A DNA stretch of 64,000 nt from Candidatus Moanibacter sp. (GCA_965215885.1 CBDCEW010000101.1:96001-160000), one strand, 5' to 3'; shown: positions 51,274-61,355, counted from the stretch's first letter. Program-made: numbers and translations. Notes: generated by a model not told the origin, from the letters alone.

Positions 51274-51516
51274 ATGGACTGGAAACTGGCAGACGCAAAA
51301 AACAAGTTTAGTGAAGTTGTAAGCTTGGCACTCTCCAAGGGACCTCAACGTGTCCTGCGGCGTAATGAGGCTGTAGTGATATTGGCCCAGAATGACTATG
51401 AGAAACTGACAGGTAAACGGCCAGACTTTAAGCAGTTCCTCATGAAGGGGGGACCAGATTTTGAAAGCCTGGACTTGGTTCGTGAACGGAGCCGGATGCG
51501 AGATGTAGAACTGTGA
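51274..51516 (+). CDS. Phd/YefM-family antitoxin
   Basis: WKLADAKNKFSEVV..A...GPQ. Confidence 0.9.
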   Translation: MDWKLADAKNKFSEVVSLALSKGPQRVLRRNEAVVILAQNDYEKLTGKRPDFKQFLMKGGPDFESLDLVRERSRMRDVEL

Positions 51517-52270
51517 GGATTCTGCTCGATACATGCGTGTTGTCTGAGTTACGTAAACCAGGAGGAAACAGAAGTGTTCATGCTGCGGTTACTGAGGTAG
51601 CCAGTGAAAATCTCTTCGTCAGTGTCATTTCGGTAGGAGAAATCATAAAGGGCATCGCCCTTCTGAATGAGGGCAAAAAGAAGCGTGAACTGCAAAGCTG
51701 GGCGCAGCATCCCTTGAACGCTATTATTCGGATCGCCTATTAGATGTAGACCTTGAGACAACGCGCATCTGGGGTGAGATAACCGCAACTGCCCAAAAAG
51801 GCGGGAGAGTTATCCATGCCAGTGACGGCTTGATCGCCGCGACTGCGGATGACTGGCGATGAGCACATAGACGATTGGACGGCAATCCAGATTTGACCGT
51901 CTTCAGAAGCATTCCCATCGGAGGTGCCGAAAAAGCTCTTGATGCTTTCACCGAGGTGCTGTTTGATCGTCAGCTTCCCGAAATCGAACAATTCGATCCT
52001 GCCAGCGATAAACGGTAAATCTGGGTGATCAAAGATTATGGCTGGGAGGGCAAACTGATATGGCTGAGAAACACGAAGCGCTCGGAACTGTTCGGGGTCG
52101 AGGTAATCGTCGATCACCGCCGGCAGTCTTTCGGGGTCCCCCGCTCTGGCAGGATAGAAGCTGTACCAGGGCAACGGTCTGCCCTGCGTAACGGTATGCA
52201 TCTGATGACTCGCAATATTGCTGATTTCGAACCTTCCGGGGCTCTGCTGATCAATCCCTGGGAAAGGTAA
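51513..52270 (+). pseudogene. VapC/PIN toxin, frameshifted near 51710 and interrupted at 51845..52180
   Basis: LLDTCVLSE N-terminus; DGLIAAT before the insert and ALRNGMHLMTRNIADF..INPW after it. Confidence 0.85.
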
Positions 52271-52371
52271 AGGGACGCGGGAGTCAGTCGATCTTCTCTT
52301 CTTTCGAATCTCAATTACGATTACGAAGGGAAGATTGAACCGGTTCCCCACTCCCATCGCTTATTAGCAAC

Positions 52372-53517
52372 TTACAGACTCAACTCGACGGCATACACCT
52401 GTGTCGTACCTGTAATATCACTGTCGTAGATACACCACTTTTCATCGGCGCTCCAGGACGGATGCGGATGTGACCATTGCGGGCCGTAAACGGTATCCAC
52501 TTTCATCTCCATCCACGATAACGCCCCCTTTTCCTTTCCAGCCCGTTCGAAGTCCTCTTTGAGCGCGTACCTGCTGGTGCGCCACTGGCTACCTCCACAG
52601 GTCGCTCGGGGATGACATATGGTGGTCCGTTCTCCGCTGCGAAGATCCACCATCCGAAGACCGATATCGGGATCGCAGGTGTCGCAGGCAATCTTTGTTC
52701 CAGCGCGATTGGGTGCGATGTGCCACGAATTAAACTCGCTGATGGTCGAAAATGCAGATTCTGGAGGTGGGGAATCAGCCCGTTGCTCAGATAGATCCAG
52801 ACGCTTGAGGGCAAAGGGCCAGTGGACCGTTACCAGATCTCCGGTGGTCCCCAGCCAGGTTTCGTGGACGATGAATTCGTCGTTCTCGTGCTCGTAAAGG
52901 CAGACGTTTTTGCTTCCATCGCGTTGGATCAACCATATGCGGGGGGCCGGGTCCTGGGCATATTCGATGAGGTTGTCATCCGTCGGGTGAAACTGGGGAT
53001 GGATGATGGTGCGGTCGCACTTGAGTATCAGCTCGGACTCTGATCCGTCCGTTTGAACCACGGCAAGGTAGTTCTTATCTTTCCATTTCATCGCGGTGAC
53101 AAGGAACCGGCCGCACGAACTCAGGCTGACCTCTCCCAGGGAGGCTCCACCCCAGTGCGCTAACGACCGCTCATTCAGGTCTTCCAGGTCCACGGCTCGC
53201 ACCTCGCCCATGGTGGTGAAGATCAATTCACTACCATTGGGGGTGAGATGCCCGGAATACCCGTGCACACCGCCTTCGCAATCCGTGAGTTGCACAATAT
53301 CACCCTTTGTAAATCTCGCTTTGTAATATTGAAATTCCCCGCTGCGGTTGGAGGTGAAGACAAGCCATCGCATGTCGGGTGTGGTAGAGCAGGTGAGAGG
53401 ATAGAGGTGGTGATTGATGCTGTCGTGAGAGGTCAATTGTAGGATGGAAGCACCCGTCCGGTCGTCTTTCAGCGCCCTCGTCTCGGTTGAATAGGTGCTT
53501 CCTTTTGTGTAGCTCAT
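52372..53517 (-). CDS. Oligogalacturonate lyase-family beta-propeller protein
   Basis: D..TG....QLT, HPQFHP, HETW, HPHPSWS. Confidence 0.75.
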   Translation of the reverse strand: MSYTKGSTYSTETRALKDDRTGASILQLTSHDSINHHLYPLTCSTTPDMRWLVFTSNRSGEFQYYKARFTKGDIVQLTDCEGGVHGYSGHLTPNGSELIFTTMGEVRAVDLEDLNERSLAHWGGASLGEVSLSSCGRFLVTAMKWKDKNYLAVVQTDGSESELILKCDRTIIHPQFHPTDDNLIEYAQDPAPRIWLIQRDGSKNVCLYEHENDEFIVHETWLGTTGDLVTVHWPFALKRLDLSEQRADSPPPESAFSTISEFNSWHIAPNRAGTKIACDTCDPDIGLRMVDLRSGERTTICHPRATCGGSQWRTSRYALKEDFERAGKEKGALSWMEMKVDTVYGPQWSHPHPSWSADEKWCIYDSDITGTTQVYAVELSL

Positions 53518-53868
53518 GTCAGTTCGCCTCGTGAATCGTTAGCTGCCGGATGAAAAACTGAGCGTGTAGTATGCATGATTCGAAAATATTAGAAAGCGAT
53601 TTTCATTGGATGCGATACCTGATCGTGCGGCGGAGCGCCCGATCCACCACTACACGGTTGCTCGTGGTGGACCGGGCCCTCCGGGTACGGTGATCGTGAT
53701 GTTTGTAGGAGAAATGATCTTGCCGCCACGGCTGAGCGAAGTCCTAATTAGAGGCATGGCGCAGTGTGGCAAGTGGAAGAACCATGATCGTCAATTTCTG
53801 CCTGAAGGATGGAAGAATCCCATTGGAATGTGGGAGAGGCTTTATGCCTCGATGCGGGCTCGTTCCAT

Positions 53869-53945
53869 CGCGGGATAAACTCGCTCCTACAGTTGAGACT
53901 TCCAATCGAATGCCCGCCAGGGATGTAGGAGCGTCCCGCTGAGCG
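53869..53945. repeat. GTAGGAGCG-type REP doublet; its second REP is split by the IS and continues at 55552
   Basis: CGCTCCTAC..GTAGGAGCGTCCCGCTGAGCG; intact relative at 56602-56690. Confidence 0.8.
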
Positions 53946-55551
53946 CATACGCGTAAACCTTATTTTCGCAACTTAGTCAGATTCAAAGACTTGCGAGGTA
54001 TTTTGCGGCGGAGTATGAGGGTGTCTCTATCCTCGAGGGTCCACTCCATTTGTTCGCCCTTTTCTATTTGCTTCGTTTCGACCACAGCGGTGAGGAAATT
54101 CGCAGTTGAGCGAGTGCATTTTGGCCGGGTTATCTTCTCTACTTTTACCGTCTACCCCATTTTTTTTCACTTTGGCAGCATTTTATGCTGTACATTCGTT
54201 CATATATAGGATTTATCCTTCGGATGCAAAGTATAAAAAAAGCTGATTGTATCCGTCAAACCTTCCGTAAGTTGAACCTCACAGCCCTCGCTAAACAGAG
54301 TGGTTTTAGAGAGAGGAAATCGCGCAAGATCTCCCCTCTGAACTTTGTTTTGGCTTTGCTGGCGATGGCTTCTAAGGGGGCCTTGTCCCTTGGCAAAGAA
54401 GCCGAGCTTATTGGATTCTTAGCCAACCGCACCATTTCCAGACAAGCGGTCCAAAAGTGCGCCAAAAAAGCCACCGCTTTTATGACCTTAGTGCTCCTGA
54501 GGCTTTTAGAACTTAAAGCTTATGGGCCTGTGGGCAGAGCTGTTCCAAATTGCATGAGGAGCTTTGAACGGGTTCTCATTGCCGACAGCACTTCGATTGG
54601 CTTGCCTAAGGTCCTGGCCCCCTTCTTCCCCGGAGCGTCCAATCAGACAGGCTCCAAACAGGCTCAACTGAAGATTCAGGCCTATTACGATCTGCGCAAT
54701 GAATCCTTCGTTGACTTCAGCCTCAGTAGCTTCCGAAAAAACGATCAGGCTGCTTCCAAAGACATTCTCGCTCTCGCTCAACCCAACGACTTGATCCTGC
54801 GCGACTTAGGCTATTTTGTCCTCGATGTCTTTAAGCAACTCGATCAGCGCGGCTGCTTCTTTGTGAGTCGTTTGAAAACCGGCACTTGCCTTTTAGCCAA
54901 CGAAGGCGATGAAGAGCTCGATCTACGCAAACTTTTACGTGGCCAAAAGCTTCTCGATATGCCCGTTCGGGTGGGTAAAAAAGCCAAGCTTCCGGTTCGT
55001 CTGATCGCCGTCAAACTCCCTCAGAAGGTGGCCCATAAACGCCGCCGCGAGCATAGACAAAACCGCGACAATAGACTTCGATATACCAGCCGCACCAGCT
55101 TCCTTCTCGGTTTCCAAATCTTTATTACAAACCTCCATCAGAAAGACTTTAGCCCTAAGCAGATTCTGAGCTTTTACGGGCTTCGCTGGCGCATCGAAAT
55201 TTTCTTTAAGGCCTTTAAGCAACATCTTAATCTCGGTCAGGTCAAAGAGACTACTCCCTACCAGGTTGAGCTTCTTATCTACGCCCGTCTCATCCTCATT
55301 ACCCACTTACTCAACTTCGTCTATGGTCCCCTTAGACACTATTCGAATACCAGTTTGTCCTCTCCTCTGAGTATCCTTAAATTCTCCTACTGGTTTGGCT
55401 TCTTTGCTCCCTACTTCTTCATCCTCTCTCACATTCCCAAAGATCAGATCATCCCCCGATGGCTCAAACAAATCCCCAAACACTGCACCTATGAAAAGCG
55501 TTCTCGTCTTGATTTCCTCTCTTGTTTCTTCTCCTTAGGTTAACGCAAATG
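53946..55551 (+). mobile_element. IS4-family (IS231-like CAT..ATG ends) element
   Basis: TIRs CATACGCGTAAACCT / CATTTGCGTTAACCT; flanks CGCTGAGCG and CGCTCAGCG. Confidence 0.9.
54185..55543 (+). CDS. IS4-family transposase
   Basis: IADST, RDLGYF, YGLRWRIEIFFK; start could be at 54224. Confidence 0.92.
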   Translation: MLYIRSYIGFILRMQSIKKADCIRQTFRKLNLTALAKQSGFRERKSRKISPLNFVLALLAMASKGALSLGKEAELIGFLANRTISRQAVQKCAKKATAFMTLVLLRLLELKAYGPVGRAVPNCMRSFERVLIADSTSIGLPKVLAPFFPGASNQTGSKQAQLKIQAYYDLRNESFVDFSLSSFRKNDQAASKDILALAQPNDLILRDLGYFVLDVFKQLDQRGCFFVSRLKTGTCLLANEGDEELDLRKLLRGQKLLDMPVRVGKKAKLPVRLIAVKLPQKVAHKRRREHRQNRDNRLRYTSRTSFLLGFQIFITNLHQKDFSPKQILSFYGLRWRIEIFFKAFKQHLNLGQVKETTPYQVELLIYARLILITHLLNFVYGPLRHYSNTSLSSPLSILKFSYWFGFFAPYFFILSHIPKDQIIPRWLKQIPKHCTYEKRSRLDFLSCFFSLG

Positions 55552-55638
55552 CGCTCAGCGGGACCGCGATCGAACTTTCCTGTTTCGAATTTAGATCACG
55601 ATAAAGATCCACGACTGAGATATTGATCGGCTGTCTCG

Positions 55639-56466
55639 TCAATCCGCAGTTCCGCGCACTTCCTCGGACCAGTCGCGCCACATGTCCTTCTGCGGAGGCT
55701 CGTCTGCTGTTTGCTCAATATCCTTCTTGCGAAAGTCGTAGAGGACCGCTTTGCGGATCTGTGGGGAGCGATTGTGACCGGAGGAGTGGGCGAGGCGGTG
55801 GTGCCAGAAGACTATGTCGCCTGGCCCTCCGTGGCAGTCGACTGGGGTTTGCCGGTTGAAGTGCTCGATATGCGCATCGTAACCCTCGGCGCGCTCGTGC
55901 CGGTATTGCGAAGTGAAGGCGTGGTAGAGGGTGCGATGGCTTGTTGGCCATACCGTAAAGGCTCCTCCCCGTGGCGGCACATGGTCGATGAGACCGACGA
56001 TGCCCAGGTGGAAGAACCCGGCGTCGGCGTGGCAAGTGGTAGGCCTTTCCGGGAGATCGCCTTCGGGTAGGATACCGTATATTCCGCGGATTTGGTCGGG
56101 ATCGGGGGCACCCTGTCCAGGTTCTGAATGGTGCGGGTGAACGACCTCGCCCACTCCCAGGAGTTGCTCGGCCCAACCCCAGATGGGCGCATTGGTGACC
56201 AGCATCTTGATAATCCAGTCTTCGTTGCCTGGTTCGCGATATTTCCAACTGAAGCCCCCTCTGAGATTGTTACTGTCGGTCGTCTTTTCGTCTTCGCTGA
56301 AAGGACCGATCCAGGTATCGGGGTCGTCCCTCATAAAGCGTGGCGGTGCTCCGGCCCACATGCGCTCGCGGGCGCGTACCGTTAGGGAAGGGTCCATAAC
56401 GCCGCGTTTTATGAGGTAGCCCTCGCGCTTGAATAAGCGGATCTCCTGCTGCGTTAGTTTGCTCAT
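55639..56466 (-). CDS. PhyH-family dioxygenase
   Basis: FKREGYLIKRGV, HAD, GAFTVWPTSH, PGDIVFWHHRLAH. Confidence 0.85.
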   Translation of the reverse strand: MSKLTQQEIRLFKREGYLIKRGVMDPSLTVRARERMWAGAPPRFMRDDPDTWIGPFSEDEKTTDSNNLRGGFSWKYREPGNEDWIIKMLVTNAPIWGWAEQLLGVGEVVHPHHSEPGQGAPDPDQIRGIYGILPEGDLPERPTTCHADAGFFHLGIVGLIDHVPPRGGAFTVWPTSHRTLYHAFTSQYRHERAEGYDAHIEHFNRQTPVDCHGGPGDIVFWHHRLAHSSGHNRSPQIRKAVLYDFRKKDIEQTADEPPQKDMWRDWSEEVRGTAD

Positions 56467-56601
56467 ACTTCAACTTCGACTGCAGTTTGAATTGATGTTC
56501 TACACAATGTCGACAAGGTTCGCGAGTGAGGTTCGCGACCCGTCGTCGCTCCGCTTTGCCGAGGCAGGCAAGACGACCTATGATCTGCCAAACAGAAAAG
56601 A

Positions 56602-56690
56602 TCGCGGGGTAAACCCGCTCCTACAGTTGCGATGTCCAATCGAACACCCGCCAGGGATGTAGGAGCGTCCTGCTGAGGGGGACCGCGATC
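56602..56690. repeat. GTAGGAGCG-type REP doublet
   Basis: TCGCGGGGTAAACCCGCTCCTAC ... GTAGGAGCGTCCTGCTGAGGGGGACCGCGA. Confidence 0.8.
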
Positions 56691-56696
56691 GAACTT

Positions 56697-59070
56697 CAGA
56701 ACTCGCTATCATGCGGGTTGGCGGGCAGGGGGCAATCGCAGATACAATTCCCGGCTTTTAAGAGCTAAAGAAAACGGTAGGCTTCATCTTCGAACCATCA
56801 AATTCGAAGAAAAATGGAGAAACCTACCGTCAAAGAAGAGACCTTCTTACAGTGCATCCTTGGAGTGGACAAGGGTAATCCCTCGATCACGGTCTATCGG
56901 GATCTGAGCGAAGGCAAACTGCACGTCTATTACGGGCATGAGCTTTTTGAAGTCGTAGAGGACGATCGGGAGCAAGTTGAATTCAAGCTATTGGTGGGGC
57001 GCCTCTACAATGCGGGGTTGAAGAAAGGGCGCTTAGAGAAGCAATTTGAGGTTGACCCCAAAACGATGAAGCGGTGGGGGGAGGCGCTTCAAAGCGGAGA
57101 TGCCGAGACCTTAGCGCGAGTGCTGGCGGGACGCAGCGCTCATCGCAAATTGACGAGGGAAATCCGGAGTTTTGGGCGGGTGCGCTTCGGGCAGATCTAT
57201 GGGGAGAGTCGGTATGGCTACAGCAAGAAGATACGGGGGGAGATCGAGGAGGTGTTCGGAGTTAACCTCAGTGGGGAAACTTTGCGCCCTGTCTTTAAGG
57301 AGCTTAAAGAGGCCCGGGCAAAGGAGGCCGAAGCCGAGAGGGCGCAAAATCGGGAGACTCCCTGGGATTGCCCGGAGGACTCGGGGAGGGACGAACAGGA
57401 GCAAGAAGCAGAAAATAGCCCCGAAAGCGAAGGGGACAATCGCAAGGAGTCTCCCGATTTTTCGAGGGAGAGCTCCGAAGCGGTGCAATGGTATCGGCAC
57501 CTGGGAGTACTTCTGTTCAGTGCCGCGCTCAGAGAAGTCGCTCAGATTGATCGCGAAGAGGGCTGGCTTTTGAAACAATGGGTGGCTTGCGGGTTGTTGG
57601 CCGCGGTCAATATCGAGCAGAGCAAACTGCTCGATCTCGAAGACCTGCAAAAACTCATCGGGCGAGTCCTGTATACCCCCTATCTGCAACGCCAAAGCCT
57701 TAGCGCCCTGGCCGATGAAGGGCTTTTAAGAGAGATCCTCAGAGTGAACGCGAGGGGCCTGAATGCTTCGGATGAAGAGAGCTTTTATTATGATCCGCAC
57801 ACCAAACATTACACCGGAATGAGCAAGGTGCTGGCGGGATGGTGTCCGGGTATCCGTCTGGCCGACAAAGCGCTCCACAGCGATTTTATTCATACCCTCA
57901 AGGGCTATCCGATCTATTTTGCGAGTACCGACAACTATGAGGATATAAGGGAACGGTTTATCCCCAACTGCGAAGCGATGCTCGAGCTGGTGCAGTTGCC
58001 GGCTGATAAGAAGGTGAGCATTTACGTGGACCGGGCGATCGCCGCGGAGTGGTTTTACGAAGCCATCGTGGAGCATCCTCAACTCGAAATCATTACCTGG
58101 GAAAAAGGTTACAAGGCCAGCGCCCAGCCCCTCCAACGGATCGACGGGCAGTTGCGCCTGCAGCGCGCGCGCAACCATGCCGAAGATCTCCAGGAGTATC
58201 ATCTTCGCTATCAGCGGGGCCCCTGGAAGAAAAATCCTCAACTGGTGCAGTGGATCGTGGAGGCGACCAATCCAAAAAATCGAACCATTACCGTGAGCAT
58301 CCTGGCGACCGATCAGCAGGCCCGAAATGAAGAGGTAATCAAAGGGATGTTCAGTCGCTGGATTCAGGAGAATGACTTCAAATACCTCGATAAGCACTTT
58401 GGGATTAATCAGATCACCTCTTATCGCACCGTCCACTACAAGCGATTAGCCCAACACCTTGAGGACAAGCAGGAGAAAAGCGGTGCCGCCAAAGCCCTCC
58501 TGAAGCAAAAACAGCAATGCACCGAAGAATTGAAAAGACTGCTCCTGGCCGAGCATGCCCACCCGGGCAAAAGCGCCTCAAGGGGCGAAAAGATCCGTCG
58601 ACTCGATCAGGCCCTCAAAGCCCTCCAACTCGAACTGGAGCAAATCGACACCGAATGCTCGAGGCTGCAGCGCCTCATTGATGAAAACTATGTCCGCCTG
58701 GACACCGCTAACAAGTCCCTCATGGATGCCTTGAAAATCTTCGCCCGTAACAGCTTCTACAAGCAGCTCGAACCCTTTAAAGCTCGCTACAACAACTATC
58801 GTGACGACCACGATCTGTTTCGCAATTTGACTCACAGTGACGGCGTTCTTATAGAGAGGGGCTGTGCGGTCGAAGCGCATTTATTCCCCACCGCAACTTA
58901 TCCCCCTCGGGTGCAGGCGGTGGTGCTTGAGTATCTGCAAACTCTCAATGAGAAGCCCTTACTGATGCCCGACGGTTCAGGCCGAAGAATCATCTTCCGA
59001 CTGGGCAAAAAATCGGGATTTAAACTTGCGATTGCATAGTGCCTTTAGAGGGGCAATATAGTGAGGTCTG
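56697..59070 (+). mobile_element. Unclassified IS-like element with 5-bp target duplication AACTT
   Basis: TIRs CAGAACTCGCTATCATGC / CAGACCTCACTATATTGC (14/18); AACTT at 56692-56696 and 59071-59075. Confidence 0.85.
56814..59039 (+). CDS. Putative large DDE transposase (741 aa)
   Basis: HTH-like FEVDPKTMKRW; candidate triad YYDPH / YVDRA / RWIQENDFK; fills the TIR-bounded element. Confidence 0.75.
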   Translation: MEKPTVKEETFLQCILGVDKGNPSITVYRDLSEGKLHVYYGHELFEVVEDDREQVEFKLLVGRLYNAGLKKGRLEKQFEVDPKTMKRWGEALQSGDAETLARVLAGRSAHRKLTREIRSFGRVRFGQIYGESRYGYSKKIRGEIEEVFGVNLSGETLRPVFKELKEARAKEAEAERAQNRETPWDCPEDSGRDEQEQEAENSPESEGDNRKESPDFSRESSEAVQWYRHLGVLLFSAALREVAQIDREEGWLLKQWVACGLLAAVNIEQSKLLDLEDLQKLIGRVLYTPYLQRQSLSALADEGLLREILRVNARGLNASDEESFYYDPHTKHYTGMSKVLAGWCPGIRLADKALHSDFIHTLKGYPIYFASTDNYEDIRERFIPNCEAMLELVQLPADKKVSIYVDRAIAAEWFYEAIVEHPQLEIITWEKGYKASAQPLQRIDGQLRLQRARNHAEDLQEYHLRYQRGPWKKNPQLVQWIVEATNPKNRTITVSILATDQQARNEEVIKGMFSRWIQENDFKYLDKHFGINQITSYRTVHYKRLAQHLEDKQEKSGAAKALLKQKQQCTEELKRLLLAEHAHPGKSASRGEKIRRLDQALKALQLELEQIDTECSRLQRLIDENYVRLDTANKSLMDALKIFARNSFYKQLEPFKARYNNYRDDHDLFRNLTHSDGVLIERGCAVEAHLFPTATYPPRVQAVVLEYLQTLNEKPLLMPDGSGRRIIFRLGKKSGFKLAIA

Positions 59071-59192
59071 AACTTACCTATTTTGCTCGTAGTCGCGTTC
59101 TTGTGTCGATCTCTCCTGTTTCGAATTTAGATCACGGCCTGCCATAAGCAGGCCAACCTGAAGCTCGAACCCCGTCTTACTCAGTTCCCAGA

Positions 59193-60218
59193 TTACACTT
59201 CGCGATTTCGAATGAGCCTCCCCATAACGGCTCGATCAAAATTATCGGCCAGAACTTCAATGCCGTCGGCATCGGGATGACATTGGTCTTCAGCATAGCG
59301 GCCGATCAAATCCAGATCAAAAACCTCGAGCCCGTCGACGTAGATCAGGTTCTTGTCTCCCATCGCGACGAGCCTTCGGTGCACCTCCTCCATATCCTGA
59401 CGCATAGCGGCGATAGTGTAGCCGACTGCATTGGGCTCGGTCTCGTGGGGCGGATAACCCATCGGGGAGACGAGCGCCATTGGAGTATCCGGATGCTTCT
59501 CGCGGATAATCTGCACCAGCGCGACGACTGCCGCCGGGTAGGTACGTGCGTCGAGAGTGCCGCGGATTGTATTGATTCCCAGTTTAAGGGTAATGAAATC
59601 GGCCGGCACATCCCGAATTACCATTCCCACCATGGCGTCGAGGTGACACTGGCCGCCGAACCCCAGACTGGTCAAGTGCAGGCCCCGGCGCCGGGCCACG
59701 ATCGCCGGCCAGATGCGCGCGGGACTGTGGGCTCGCTTACAGTGGGTAAGCGAGCTGCCGTAGGTCACCCATCTGGGGCTGCTGTCATTCGCGGGCCGAC
59801 AGGGAGAATCGGCATCGAGCCCCAACAAAATAACCGGCGTCTCGGGCAAGAGCCAGATCTCCACCACCTTATCGCCGGCCGGCAGATCCTTGAATACCGC
59901 CCCTTCGGCGCCGGGAGCGGCTGGGGCGCTGGTAACCAATTCCCCGGCCATGGTCAGATCGAAGTGGAAGACCTCACGCCTGCATGCGGGCGGTACCTCG
60001 GGTAAGGGCAGAAAGCGCAAACGGATGCGGCGGGCAACGGTAGCAAAGCGCAGGCGCACTCCGCTGGCGGATTCGGCGCCGGCCAGGAGGCCCTCATTCG
60101 GAGAGGGAAAGAGATCCCGCCGGGAGTAGGGCAGGCGCCAGGGCTTGACCCACCCATCACCTCTTTCCAGTGAGATATGGCCCTGGAAAAATTCGTCGTC
60201 CGGTAGATAGCTTGGCAT
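59193..60218 (-). CDS. SGNH/GDSL hydrolase (SsfX3-like)
   Basis: YGSSLTH, LGFGGQC, LGIN, D..HP. Confidence 0.85.
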   Translation of the reverse strand: MPSYLPDDEFFQGHISLERGDGWVKPWRLPYSRRDLFPSPNEGLLAGAESASGVRLRFATVARRIRLRFLPLPEVPPACRREVFHFDLTMAGELVTSAPAAPGAEGAVFKDLPAGDKVVEIWLLPETPVILLGLDADSPCRPANDSSPRWVTYGSSLTHCKRAHSPARIWPAIVARRRGLHLTSLGFGGQCHLDAMVGMVIRDVPADFITLKLGINTIRGTLDARTYPAAVVALVQIIREKHPDTPMALVSPMGYPPHETEPNAVGYTIAAMRQDMEEVHRRLVAMGDKNLIYVDGLEVFDLDLIGRYAEDQCHPDADGIEVLADNFDRAVMGRLIRNREV

Positions 60219-60330
60219 TTAAGATAGTCGCAGTTGGTCCGCTGAATGGATGTAGCCTTTTCCAGGGGCGCGGATCAAACATTTTCACATACCCGATTCA
60301 AGCTTCAACGCTGCGCGGTTCCGACGGACG

Positions 60331-61338
60331 TTATCGTGGCCGGAAGCGTGCGATCGCATCGTCGGCGCGGGCGTGGTTCGCATCGATCGTTCGACCCGCA
60401 TTGTGCGGGGTGTGGACGACGTTGTGCCGGCCGAGGAGCGGCGAGTCGAGGGGCACCGGCTCCTTATCGAAGACATCGGCAGCCAGGAACAGCTCGTCGT
60501 TGAGGACACGGCGGTAGAGGGCTTCAGTGTCGCAGACCCTGGCACGCGTCACCTGAACGACCAGGCTCCGGTTGGGAAGGGCGTTGATGTGCTCAGCCGT
60601 GACCAGTCCCCGCGTGCTGTCCGTGAGCGGAACCATGGGTGCGAAAATATTCGCGTCCTTGACAAGTTCCGACAGGTGAAAGCACCGCTGGACTCCGGCG
60701 ATGTCAAATGAGGCGTCAGGCGCGAAGGGATCCCATACCTCCACTTGTGCCCCCATCATTGCACACCACTTAGCGTATCGTCCACCAATATTGCCGATCC
60801 CGATGATGCGCACACGTTTGCCTCCGATCGTACCGTTGACGAAATTGACGTCGTCACCGAACTGTGAGCCACGCTGTCCCGGTTTTCCGATCTTTGGAGT
60901 GTAATTCCAGGTTTCGTGGCTTTGAATCATGGCTGTAGAGGTGTGGGGGATGCGTCGAAGCGCGCAGATGGTCAGGCCGAGGGCGTACTCCGCTACGGTC
61001 TGGCCCCACTGAACGTCGCCGCGCGGGTGAAAAACCGTAACGCCTCTGGCCTTCGCCTCCTCGATGCCTTTCCCTGAACTATCGCCATAGCTGCCGGATG
61101 CATAGCACTCCTCCAGTGCAGTGAACGGCTCGAGATCCTGGCTTTCCGCGGGAAAGCCGAGGAGCACCAGACGCTCTACGGTGCCGGGGTTCGGGACCAA
61201 TTCCGGGGCGCGGGTGTCGGGATCTTCGGTCCGGTAGAGCTCGGAGCCGCCCTCTTCTTGCCAACGCTCGTGCCAGTGGTCGGCCGTGAAAGGCCAGTGT
61301 GCGTCGTAACTCTCGTGAACACAGATTACAGATCTCAT
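60331..61338 (-). CDS. D-isomer-specific 2-hydroxyacid dehydrogenase-like protein
   Basis: GIGNIG, PLTDSTRGL, DVFDKEP, TPHNAG; start MRSVIC at 61338. Confidence 0.85.
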   Translation of the reverse strand: MRSVICVHESYDAHWPFTADHWHERWQEEGGSELYRTEDPDTRAPELVPNPGTVERLVLLGFPAESQDLEPFTALEECYASGSYGDSSGKGIEEAKARGVTVFHPRGDVQWGQTVAEYALGLTICALRRIPHTSTAMIQSHETWNYTPKIGKPGQRGSQFGDDVNFVNGTIGGKRVRIIGIGNIGGRYAKWCAMMGAQVEVWDPFAPDASFDIAGVQRCFHLSELVKDANIFAPMVPLTDSTRGLVTAEHINALPNRSLVVQVTRARVCDTEALYRRVLNDELFLAADVFDKEPVPLDSPLLGRHNVVHTPHNAGRTIDANHARADDAIARFRPR

Positions 61339-61355
61339 GTCTTTGTGCCTCCGTT

